Of a stretch of DNA of 43,400 nt, positions 24,425-32,341 are shown one piece after another; within the stretch, counting starts at the first letter, position 1; the number at the start of each line of letters is the position of its first letter. The DNA is taken from assembly GCA_964632825.1 (NCBI GenBank), contig CAZWBY010000001.1, positions 1 to 43,400 of the forward strand. Direction: 5' to 3'. A program made the position numbers and the translations under genes. The stretch comes from an uncultured Candidatus Bathyarchaeia archaeon. GTDB taxonomy: Archaea; Thermoproteota; Bathyarchaeia; Bathyarchaeales; Bathycorpusculaceae. Below the pieces are notes generated by a model. That model was not told where the DNA came from. It did not search any database and saw only the letters and a list, made by a program, of their open reading frames with translations.

Positions 24425-24576
24425 CACAGATCACTCCTGCTTTTCCCAAGCTCCATTCTGCTACCGTGGAAAGCCGTTCTTTACTGGCTGTGACGATGAT
24501 TGTCACATTCGAATCACGTGTGATTCCTTTGTTTCTTGAGCATCACAGCAGATGTGATCTTGTTGTGATCTGTGTG
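24425..24576. repeat. Second TGTGAT-type repeat cluster in a 548-bp non-coding gap
   Basis: CACAGATCAC (24425-24434) is the reverse complement of GTGATCTGTG (24565-24574). GAATCAC-GT-GTGATTC (24511-24526) has 7-bp inverted arms. ATCACA-GCAGA-TGTGAT is at 24542-24558. TGTGATCT is at 24553-24560 and TTGTGATCT at 24563-24571. Confidence 0.65.
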
Positions 24577-24631
24577 TGGTTAATTCCTGTTTGTGGGCAT
24601 ATTTTAACCGGGGATTGGTGATGCTAACCCC

Positions 24632-25483
24632 TTAGATATTTTCAGCTTCCTTTTTCAACTGATCGAAGAGTTCAGGACGGAGATCTCTAAGTGTTGGAAT
24701 GAAAGCTTCTGCGGGTCGTAAATCCCCGAAGTCAACATCGCAAAGCACGAGGTCTGGCTCGTCATATTTCGCCTTCGCGAGTACTTTTCCAGTGGGGCTC
24801 ACCAATCTGCTTCCTCCCCAGAATTGGAGACCCTCTTCCACCCCGACCAGATTAACATACGCCAGATAGGCAGTGTTCTCTATTGCCCTGGCTGCAGTGA
24901 GGATTTCGAAGTATTCCTTTCGTACGGCTGGTGAGGCGGATATGCAGACTATGAGTTGAGCCCCTTTCAACCGAGTTAACCGGATTGCCTCCGGGAAGAA
25001 GAGATCGTAACAGATACACAAACCCACATTTCCCAAACGCGTGCTGAAAGCAGCGGCTTCGTATCCCAACCGGAAATATCTCTTTTCCTCAAAAACACTG
25101 TGGGTTGGAAGCGCCATTTTGCGATATTTGCCGATTAAGCCATCTGGTCCGATGAAGACGGCTGTGTTGTAGAGCGTTCCCTTGGTCTTTGCGCTTATCT
25201 CGGGGATTCCGAAAATCACGTGCAAGTTTTTCTGGCGGGCCAGTATTTCCATTTTTTCTGTCGTCGGACCGGGGACTGTTTCTGCAAGCTCATAGACTTG
25301 ATCTTTGTTGGTGTACCCTGTCACGCAAAGCTCTGGAAAAATCACGAGTTCTGCCGACAGGTCTTTTGACTCTGAAATCATCTTTTCCATTCTCTGAAGG
25401 TTTTCTTGCTTATCTCCGCGCTTGCTACTCATTTGCGCAAGAGCTAGTTTAACGCTGTTCTTCACTCTGGTTTCCTTCCTCAA
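24632..25483 (-). CDS. Carbon-nitrogen hydrolase (nitrilase superfamily), likely glutaminase partner of NadE
   Basis: The Glu-Lys-Cys triad context is present: LVIFPELCVTGY, YRKMALP and GLCICYDLFFPE. The gene starts 3 nt after the nadE stop. Confidence 0.8.
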   Translation of the reverse strand: MRKETRVKNSVKLALAQMSSKRGDKQENLQRMEKMISESKDLSAELVIFPELCVTGYTNKDQVYELAETVPGPTTEKMEILARQKNLHVIFGIPEISAKTKGTLYNTAVFIGPDGLIGKYRKMALPTHSVFEEKRYFRLGYEAAAFSTRLGNVGLCICYDLFFPEAIRLTRLKGAQLIVCISASPAVRKEYFEILTAARAIENTAYLAYVNLVGVEEGLQFWGGSRLVSPTGKVLAKAKYDEPDLVLCDVDFGDLRPAEAFIPTLRDLRPELFDQLKKEAENI

Positions 25484-25486
25484 CTT

Positions 25487-26329
25487 TCAATACATCTCTC
25501 TTGGAAGTCTAAAATCAGCGCCGACCGTTCGATACCCGAGTTTTGGTCCCAAGAGAACCCCCCTCTTGTGCTCCGAAGAAAGCCACCTAGCCTTGATTCT
25601 ATCAACGACCTCTTCTTGAATGTTCAGCTGTCTTGCTATTTCCTCAGTGTCCATAAACATCTCTAAGCCATAGAGTACTAAGTCTAGAATCTCATAGTGG
25701 ACGCCAAGTTCAGCTTCTGCCAATTGTTTTGGCCACAACGAAGGGGTGGCGGGTTTTTCAGTTAGTTCCTTGGGTAAGCCGAGGTATGCCGCGATTCTGC
25801 GGACTTGCGTTTTGTACAGATCTATTATTGGATATATGTCCGCAGCGCCGTCTCCCCATTTGGTGAAGTAGCCAATCATCGTTTCGGATTTGTCTGAGCT
25901 TCCACAGACTATTCTGTTCAGTTTGTTAGCGTAGTAATAGAGATAGACCATCCTGATTCGCGCTTTCAAGTTCCCTTTGCAGAGTCTGTCCGACTGGTCA
26001 AAAATAGGTATGGCTTTGTAGAGACTCCACAGAACCGGTGTGACATCACATAGCTGGGTCTTCAGGCCGAACTGATTAGCCACCTTGAATGCGTCATCAA
26101 TATCCTCTTGGCAGCGTGTTTCTTCTTCAGGGAGCATTAATCCCAATACTTTGTCGCCGCCGATTGCTCGGCTCGTAAGAGCAGCGATTGTGCTGCTATC
26201 TACTCCTCCTGACAGTCCTATGACTACGCCTTCGGTTCCAGAGTTCTCGACATATTCCTTGATGAACCTTGTCACTCTTCTGCTTGTTTCAACGAGGTCC
26301 ATTTCCAAGACAGAGGGGTCCAGTTTCAA
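25487..26329 (-). CDS. nadE: NAD+ synthetase (NadE, single-domain form)
   Basis: The PP-loop is VVIGLSGGVDSS. Also YYYANKLNRIVCGSSDKSE..IGYFTKWGDG..D..PI..L.K..V. 280 aa. Confidence 0.9.
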   Translation of the reverse strand: MKLDPSVLEMDLVETSRRVTRFIKEYVENSGTEGVVIGLSGGVDSSTIAALTSRAIGGDKVLGLMLPEEETRCQEDIDDAFKVANQFGLKTQLCDVTPVLWSLYKAIPIFDQSDRLCKGNLKARIRMVYLYYYANKLNRIVCGSSDKSETMIGYFTKWGDGAADIYPIIDLYKTQVRRIAAYLGLPKELTEKPATPSLWPKQLAEAELGVHYEILDLVLYGLEMFMDTEEIARQLNIQEEVVDRIKARWLSSEHKRGVLLGPKLGYRTVGADFRLPREMY

Positions 26330-26425
26330 CTATTTCACCTGTCTATGCGGGCTCACCGCAGTAGGCAACTATTTGAGGACAGATATAAATAGCCAATCTA
26401 CGTAAATTGCTTCCCAGAAGGCTGT

Positions 26426-26695
26426 TTGATGGGTAGAAGAAGACGCAAAGTTGTTCATATTCCAAAGAAGCGATTGCCAAAGTTTTTCTCTTGTCCCAGA
26501 TGCGGGAAGGAAACCGTTCGAGTTGAGATTTTCAGAGAGGAGAATCGTGCGGTCGCAGGATGCAGTAGCTGTGGGCTTAAGGAAGAATTGCCCATAAAGT
26601 CTGCTCAGGGGGAAGTTGACGTCTACTGCATGTTTACAGACAGAATCTACGGCTCTTCAAAACGGGCTCCTTCAACAAGCACTGAAAACATCTAG
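26426..26695 (+). CDS. elf1: Transcription elongation factor 1 (Elf1) homolog
   Basis: Basic N-terminus GRRRRKVVHIPKKRLPKFFSCPRCGKE.VRVEI...AVAGCSSCGL.EELPI...GEVDVYC.F.D, i.e. the Elf1 C4 zinc ribbon layout with the (E/P)IDVY-type motif. Confidence 0.7.
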   Translation: MMGRRRRKVVHIPKKRLPKFFSCPRCGKETVRVEIFREENRAVAGCSSCGLKEELPIKSAQGEVDVYCMFTDRIYGSSKRAPSTSTENI

Positions 26696-26709
26696 CAGGC
26701 GGTCTTCTA

Positions 26710-27462
26710 ATGGTTGGTCACGTGGAAGAATACTTGCTCGAAAGCATAAAGGCCTCGGGATCAATCCATGTAACTCTCATTGATCCTGAAAAAGTAACAC
26801 CTGCGCAAGCGTCTGAAATAGCAGGAGCTGCAAATGCGAGCGGAACATCAGCAATAATGATTGGAGGCTCAACATTCGTCTCTCAGAGTCATCTTGACGA
26901 CGTTGTAAAGGCAATAAAGGCGACAGTCCAAATTCCAACAATTCTTTTCCCGAACAACATTTCTGGAATCAGCTGCTACGCGGACGCCATTTGGTTCATG
27001 TCTCTAATGAATTCTGTTGATCCTTACTTCATCATAGGCGCGCAGATTTTGGGCGCTCCACTGATTAAGAAATACGGATTAGAACCGATATCCATGGGAT
27101 ATGTTATTGTGGGCGACGGTGGAACCGCGGGTGTTGTTGGCAAAGCCATTCCCGTGCCTTATGACAAACCCGAGCTTGCCGCGGCTCATGCTCTAGCAGG
27201 GCAATACCTGGGTATGCACTTCATCTATCTTGAAGGAGGCTCAGGGGCAAAATCCCCTGTTCCACCTGAGATGATCCAAGCTGTAAAACGGTACGTGAGC
27301 GTTCCTCTCGTGGTTGGTGGTGGGATAAGAACCAAAGAGGCGGCGTTGGCAGCATCTTCTGCTGGCGCTGATGTGGTAGTTACTGGTAACGTCGTTGAAG
27401 GAACTGATGTAAATCAGCGAGTCTCAGAGATAATTGAAGGCATAAAAAAGTCAAAAACATAG
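26710..27462 (+). CDS. Geranylgeranylglyceryl phosphate synthase (PcrB/GGGPS family)
   Basis: 250 aa. HVTLIDPEK..., IMIGGS, FPNN, YLEGGSGA and PLVVGGGIR are TIM-barrel GGGPS motifs. Confidence 0.85.
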   Translation: MVGHVEEYLLESIKASGSIHVTLIDPEKVTPAQASEIAGAANASGTSAIMIGGSTFVSQSHLDDVVKAIKATVQIPTILFPNNISGISCYADAIWFMSLMNSVDPYFIIGAQILGAPLIKKYGLEPISMGYVIVGDGGTAGVVGKAIPVPYDKPELAAAHALAGQYLGMHFIYLEGGSGAKSPVPPEMIQAVKRYVSVPLVVGGGIRTKEAALAASSAGADVVVTGNVVEGTDVNQRVSEIIEGIKKSKT

Positions 27463-27587
27463 TACATCAAAGCTTGAGTCCAATCCGTCCAACCAAAATC
27501 TGGCGCAGTCAGCTTTTTCGGTTTTTCTGTCAGCAAGGCAAAATAGAGGCGCTGTCGCTGGTAGACTAACTACGAGGAAATCCCAGC

Positions 27588-30500
27588 GTGACCTACAACA
27601 TCAGCTCTAGCTACCAAGCCTACGTTCAAGATCTAGAGCTGAGACTGAAAGAGCTTTACGCAGTTAGTGAAAGGGCTAGATCGGTGGGTTTTGACCCTTG
27701 TCTGAGTACTGAATGCACGGTCGCAAAAGACATAGCTGACCTTGTTGAAGGATTGGTGGGACCGAAAGGCGTTGCTTTAAGCATCCGCGAATTATCAACC
27801 AAACTTCAGAGGGAAGAGATTGCCTTCAAGGTTGCTGAGGAAATCGTCTACGGCAAGTTTGGGCATTTAGAACCAGAAGCCGCGGCGGAGCAAGCAATCA
27901 GAACTGCTCTGGCAATTTTTACGGAGGGTCTAACTGCTGCTCCCATACAAGGGGTCTCAAAAGTAAAAATCAAACTGAACCTTGACAAGACACGCTATCT
28001 GGCAATATACTTTGCAGGTCCGATACGGTCGGCGGGGGGCACGGACCAAGCTCTAACGCTGGTTGTAGGGGATTTCGTGCGCCGATTGCTAGGACTTGAT
28101 CGCTACAAAGTCACAACTGAAGAAATTTCACGTTTTGTAGAAGAGCTTCGGTTGTATGAACGTTCAGTTGGACGCTTTCAATACCACATTCCTGACGAAG
28201 AACTGAAAAAAGCACTCAACTGGCTTCCAGTAGAGGTAACGGGCACGGAGTCTGATCCAGTGGAGGTTTCTTCTTTCAGAAACCTCCAGAGAGTGGAGAC
28301 CAATCGCGTAAGAGGCGGCGCCCTCCGCGTTGTCAACGATGGGATCGTAGGACGGGCTCCAAAAGTCCTCGTAATAATAGAGAAGCTTGGTTTCCAAGGG
28401 TGGGACTGGCTAAGAGAATTCCGCAAGAAATCAGAAAAGAAATCAGCTGGATTCATGGATGACGTGATAGCCGGTAGACCCATTTTCTGTTTTCCCTCGA
28501 GGCGAGGCGGCTTTAGGTTGAGGTACGGCAGATCGCGCAACACAGGGCTTTCCGCGGTGGGCATTCATCCCGCAACAATGCTAGTTCTAGAAAACTTTCT
28601 TGCTGCTGGAACTCAGGTCCGCATCGAACTTCCTGGAAAAGGCGGAGTAACTGTCCCGGTGGACTCACTGGAACCTCCTGTTGTCTTGTTGAAAGATGGC
28701 TCTGTCACGCGCGTAACGCTCGAGACCTTCGGTCAAGTAAAGGGCAAAATTGAAAAGATACTCTTCTTGGGCGACCTTCTGATAAGCTTTGGAGATTTTC
28801 TCTACACGAGCAAACCCCTTTCTCCTTCACCATACGTGGAAGAATGGTGGGTTGAGGATCTCAAGAAGGAAATAACTGAACATTTTGATGGAAATCTAAA
28901 GAAAGCCTCAGAAGCAGCCAAGCTGACGGAAACAAGACTATTAGCACTGTTGGGTTCTCCATTCGTAGAATTGCCCAGTCCGCGAGAAGCCATCTCCCTA
29001 TCCCAGTGCTTGCATGTACCCTTGCATCCGAAATTCACCTTCTTCTGGTCCGGCTTATCTTCCGAGACTGACGTTCTCCACCTTAAAGAATGGTTAAGCA
29101 GTTCAGAGGTCACCCTCGAAGATTCTTGCGCCTCCAAGATAGACGGTCCCTACGAGGCAAAAGTAGTGCAGTCTTTGAGAAACGTTCTTGCTCCACACAG
29201 AGTGTCCAACGATCGAATAGTACTCGAAAACGATGATGCTATTGCTCTTACCTTTTCGCTTGGTTACAAGACTTCGAGAACTGCAAATCAAGCAGACGGA
29301 CAGGTTCTGAAGACAGTAAGCTCTCTTTCAGGGGTGGAGATTCGGGAAAAAGCCCCCACGTTCGTTGGTGCACGTATGGGCAGACCGGAAAAAGCCAAGA
29401 GGCGCGAGATGAAACCCATGGTGCACGTTCTCTATCCCGTCAGCTTGGCTGGAGGCTCTCACCGCGATATCGTTGAGGCTTCAAGGAAAGGACCCGTGTT
29501 CATTGACGTAGCCAAGCGAAAATGTCCAGTGTGCAAATCGTATATGATTAGAGTTTTATGCCCTGATTGCGGCTGCGAGACCCAAGTTGAGAAAAGTTGT
29601 CCGGTTTGTGGGAAATCCCTTAAGGAGAACAGTTGCTCAGTGTGCAAAGCTGCTCCCGTGCCCTACCAGCGGCAGGCTGTGAACTTCAAGGAACTGCTGG
29701 AAGGTGCTTGCCGTTCTCTGGGTGCGCCCACGCCCAAGCGTTTGAAAGGCGTCAAGGGTCTAACAAATGAGGATAAGACCCCAGAGATCCTTGAAAAGGG
29801 AGTTTTACGCGCAAAGTATGATTTGTCTGTCTACAAAGATGGCACAATCAGATTTGATGTTACCAATGCTCCTTTGAGCCACTTTAAGCCGAGAGAGATT
29901 GGTGTGGATGTTGGGGTCCTCACTCGTTTAGGCTACGACCACGACATCTACGGGAAATCATTGGCCAACGCTGACCAGATTTGTGAACTGAAAATCCAGG
30001 ATGTTGTAGTTCCAAGAAAAGCAGCAGAGTATTTCGTCCAGGTAGCTGGCTTCATTGATGACCTCCTAACCAAGATCTACAAGCTTCCTAGTTTCTACAA
30101 TGTTTCCAGCGTGGATGAGATGGTGGGGCATCTCACACTGGGCTTAGCCCCGCATACGTGTGTGAGCATACTAGGACGCATTATTGGCTTCACAGACCTC
30201 GATGTCTGCTATGCTCATCCGATATGGCACTCGGCAAAACGTCGGGATTGTGACGGCGATGAGGACACCCTAATGCTAGCCCTGGATACTCTTCTGAACT
30301 TTTCACGGAGGTATCTCCCCGCTCAAATTGGGGGGATTATGGACGCACCCTTGTTGCTTATTCCTTTCGTGAACACCAAGGAGGTGCAACGGCAGGCTCA
30401 CGATCTGGATGTTGCTTCTGCATACCCGATAGAATTCTACCAGAAGACCCTGGATAAGGTCGAGCCGCGAACCGTCAGCTCAATAATGGATGTAGTGAGT

Positions 30501-31001
30501 CACAGACTTGGCACAGAAGCTCAGTTTGAGGGTTTCAATTTCACGACACCGGTGACTAACATAAACATGGGGAACGCCCACAGTTCATACAAACAGTTCA
30601 AGTCTATGATAGAGAAGCTTAACATGCAGCTTGCGCTCGGTGAAAAAATTGAAGCTGTCGACGCTCGCCGTGTTGCATTAAAAGTTCTGACTACCCACTT
30701 TCTACGTGATATAGCCGGGAACTTGCGAGCGTTCTCAACCCAAAGTTTCAGATGCAAATCGTGCAACAAATCTTTCCGTCGGTTGCCTCTCCGCGGGAAG
30801 TGCTCCTTCTGTGGCGGCTCCCTAACACTCACAGTCTATCGCGGCGGAATTGAGAAATACCTTGATGCTGCTCAACATTTGATTAATGACTATGATTTGC
30901 CACCCTACTACACTCAGCGATTGACTCTGATAAGGTCTGAAATCGCATCAATGTTTGACAACAAGAAACCAAAGCAGATCAGCCTTATGGCCTTCAGCTA
31001 A
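27588..31001 (+). CDS. polC: DNA polymerase II (PolD) large catalytic subunit DP2
   Basis: 1137 aa. YFAGPIRSAGGT, NDGIVGRAP, GRP.F.FPSRRGGFRLRYGRSRNTG and GARMGRPEKAK are present. Cys clusters: CPVCKS...CPDCG...CPVCG...CSVCK, CDGDED, and the C-terminal FRCKSCN...CSFCGG. No intein-sized insertion is evident. Confidence 0.95.
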   Translation: MTYNISSSYQAYVQDLELRLKELYAVSERARSVGFDPCLSTECTVAKDIADLVEGLVGPKGVALSIRELSTKLQREEIAFKVAEEIVYGKFGHLEPEAAAEQAIRTALAIFTEGLTAAPIQGVSKVKIKLNLDKTRYLAIYFAGPIRSAGGTDQALTLVVGDFVRRLLGLDRYKVTTEEISRFVEELRLYERSVGRFQYHIPDEELKKALNWLPVEVTGTESDPVEVSSFRNLQRVETNRVRGGALRVVNDGIVGRAPKVLVIIEKLGFQGWDWLREFRKKSEKKSAGFMDDVIAGRPIFCFPSRRGGFRLRYGRSRNTGLSAVGIHPATMLVLENFLAAGTQVRIELPGKGGVTVPVDSLEPPVVLLKDGSVTRVTLETFGQVKGKIEKILFLGDLLISFGDFLYTSKPLSPSPYVEEWWVEDLKKEITEHFDGNLKKASEAAKLTETRLLALLGSPFVELPSPREAISLSQCLHVPLHPKFTFFWSGLSSETDVLHLKEWLSSSEVTLEDSCASKIDGPYEAKVVQSLRNVLAPHRVSNDRIVLENDDAIALTFSLGYKTSRTANQADGQVLKTVSSLSGVEIREKAPTFVGARMGRPEKAKRREMKPMVHVLYPVSLAGGSHRDIVEASRKGPVFIDVAKRKCPVCKSYMIRVLCPDCGCETQVEKSCPVCGKSLKENSCSVCKAAPVPYQRQAVNFKELLEGACRSLGAPTPKRLKGVKGLTNEDKTPEILEKGVLRAKYDLSVYKDGTIRFDVTNAPLSHFKPREIGVDVGVLTRLGYDHDIYGKSLANADQICELKIQDVVVPRKAAEYFVQVAGFIDDLLTKIYKLPSFYNVSSVDEMVGHLTLGLAPHTCVSILGRIIGFTDLDVCYAHPIWHSAKRRDCDGDEDTLMLALDTLLNFSRRYLPAQIGGIMDAPLLLIPFVNTKEVQRQAHDLDVASAYPIEFYQKTLDKVEPRTVSSIMDVVSHRLGTEAQFEGFNFTTPVTNINMGNAHSSYKQFKSMIEKLNMQLALGEKIEAVDARRVALKVLTTHFLRDIAGNLRAFSTQSFRCKSCNKSFRRLPLRGKCSFCGGSLTLTVYRGGIEKYLDAAQHLINDYDLPPYYTQRLTLIRSEIASMFDNKKPKQISLMAFS

Positions 31002-31047
31002 GTACTAAAGCTTTTCAACTTGAAGTAGTACTTGTAGTTGGTTAAGG

Positions 31048-31314
31048 ATGCCCAAGGAAAGTCATCACCCTAAAGCGTACTTGCAGCAGATCAAAAACGT
31101 TAGGAACGGGGTTTTAGCTAGAACCAAAATACTCGATGTTCTCGATCGTGGTCCTTTCGGCATAAGAGCCATCTCAGAAGAAACCTCTCAGTCATACGGT
31201 GTCATTCTTCATCATCTACGACTGTTGGAAGCTGAGGGGTCTGTAACTCGGGCAGGGAAGAAACCCTACTCTTGGATCCTCACAGGTATCGGACAAAGGC
31301 GCCTAGTACTCTAA
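31048..31314 (+). CDS. ArsR-type winged-helix transcriptional regulator
   Basis: 88 aa. ARTKILDVLDRGPFGIRAISEETSQSYGVILHHLRLLEAEGSVTRAGKKPYSWILT is an HTH plus wing. Confidence 0.55.
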   Translation: MPKESHHPKAYLQQIKNVRNGVLARTKILDVLDRGPFGIRAISEETSQSYGVILHHLRLLEAEGSVTRAGKKPYSWILTGIGQRRLVL

Positions 31315-31598
31315 AAGCTGCATCCACAAGGACAGTGCCCGCACTTTGGGCATTTATGCTTGTATTTCTCAAGTGCTGTCGTCTCAAGGTTAACTCCGAT
31401 CGTGTTGGCCAATGATGCGAGCCAGGCTAAGACGTCTGCGAGCTCTTCCTGTACTGCCTCCATGTTGTTGCTGTCGAGTGCTTCTCCTAATTCTCCAACT
31501 TCATCCACTAGCCAGTCGTAATTTCCTTTAGCTCCGCGTTCCAAGTCTCTTTGAAGATACAACGACCTCATCATCTCCTGAAATTCAGATATTTGCAT
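31311..31598 (-). CDS. MazG-like nucleoside triphosphate pyrophosphohydrolase with a Cys-rich C-terminal tail
   Basis: LVDEVGELGEAL......EELADVLAWLASLANTIGVNLE is the MazG/all-alpha NTP-PPase EExxE/D pattern. The C-terminus is HKCPKCGHCPCGCSF. Its stop overlaps the ArsR gene stop by 4 nt (convergent). Confidence 0.65.
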   Translation of the reverse strand: MQISEFQEMMRSLYLQRDLERGAKGNYDWLVDEVGELGEALDSNNMEAVQEELADVLAWLASLANTIGVNLETTALEKYKHKCPKCGHCPCGCSF

Positions 31599-31713
31599 AG
31601 CAACAACCAGGTCCGTCTCAGTATGTTACGGCAGCAAGTTAAGCGTTGGGGCGCAACATTAATAATACCGAAAACCATAGCGAATAACGCTAACCTGAGC
31701 TAGGTAGACTCCC

Positions 31714-31884
31714 GTGAGCAAGAAGAAAAAAGAAAGCGGTCCGATGCCTGCTGCAAGTGCAGGATTGCTGAGGTTCTTCGAAGAGGAAACCGAAGGAGTC
31801 AAGATCAGACCTGAGCTGCTTATGGTGCTAGCTGTTTCGCTCGTCGTCGTATCTATCTTGGCGAAAGTCTTCTTTCCCTCTTAA
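31714..31884 (+). CDS. secG: Preprotein translocase subunit Sec61beta (archaeal SecG)
   Basis: Hand translation (56 aa, below the track cutoff): VSKKKKESGPMPAASAGLLRFFEEETEGVKIRPELLMVLAVSLVVVSILAKVFFPS*. It shows the SAGL(I/L)R(Y/F)..E....(I/V)K(I/V).PE motif followed by one TM helix. Confidence 0.7.
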   Translation: MSKKKKESGPMPAASAGLLRFFEEETEGVKIRPELLMVLAVSLVVVSILAKVFFPS

Positions 31885-32165
31885 CGCCGAGGCGCATGCA
31901 AGACCTCTATTCTCTGAACAGAATTCAAGTGCAGAAAGATCTCACTCATTTCTTGCCTGCTGGCAACCTGAGGAATAGGCTGAGCAATCGTCGCTCTTAA
32001 CACAATAGCCTCTGCTTCTGAAAGCCATATGCCCGCGGGCGAATGAGTGACAGCCACAAGGTTGCCTTCGAAACCGTATGCTGGATCGAGAATCACTCTT
32101 ATCTTCTTGCCCACATTCTTCTCGAGCATATGGAATATAGAAATGGGCAAGTCTGGCTCTGGCAT
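31881..32165 (-). CDS. Hypothetical protein, possibly Sm-like (LSm) fold
   Basis: LEKNVGKKIRVILDPAYGFEGNLVAV...IWLSEAEAI weakly resembles an Sm1 motif, and IFLHLNSVQRIEVL an Sm2-like strand pair. Confidence 0.3.
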   Translation of the reverse strand: MPEPDLPISIFHMLEKNVGKKIRVILDPAYGFEGNLVAVTHSPAGIWLSEAEAIVLRATIAQPIPQVASRQEMSEIFLHLNSVQRIEVLHAPRR

Positions 32166-32341
32166 AGAGTTCGCAGAATTATACTAGATTGCTCTCCACC
32201 AATAAAACAGTTGCCCCTTTCGAGACCAGCGTTTTGATGGAAAAACCGTTTCCTTGTTGTCTGCTTCGCTTGTTGTTTTGTTAAATTGATGCCAAAATCC
32301 AGATTCTCCCGCTTGAGTTTACCCCTTCTCTGTTTTGTAGG

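Noticed and set aside
24109-24621. Three overlapping + strand ORFs (87, 74 and 69 aa) in the 548-bp gap
   Set aside because: They are in mutually overlapping frames with no recognisable domains. They read through the palindrome cluster and have poor start contexts. I treat the region as non-coding.
28164-30832. Several 60-130-aa minus-strand ORFs inside the PolD large subunit gene
   Set aside because: Shadow ORFs antisense to an intact 1137-aa DP2 reading frame.
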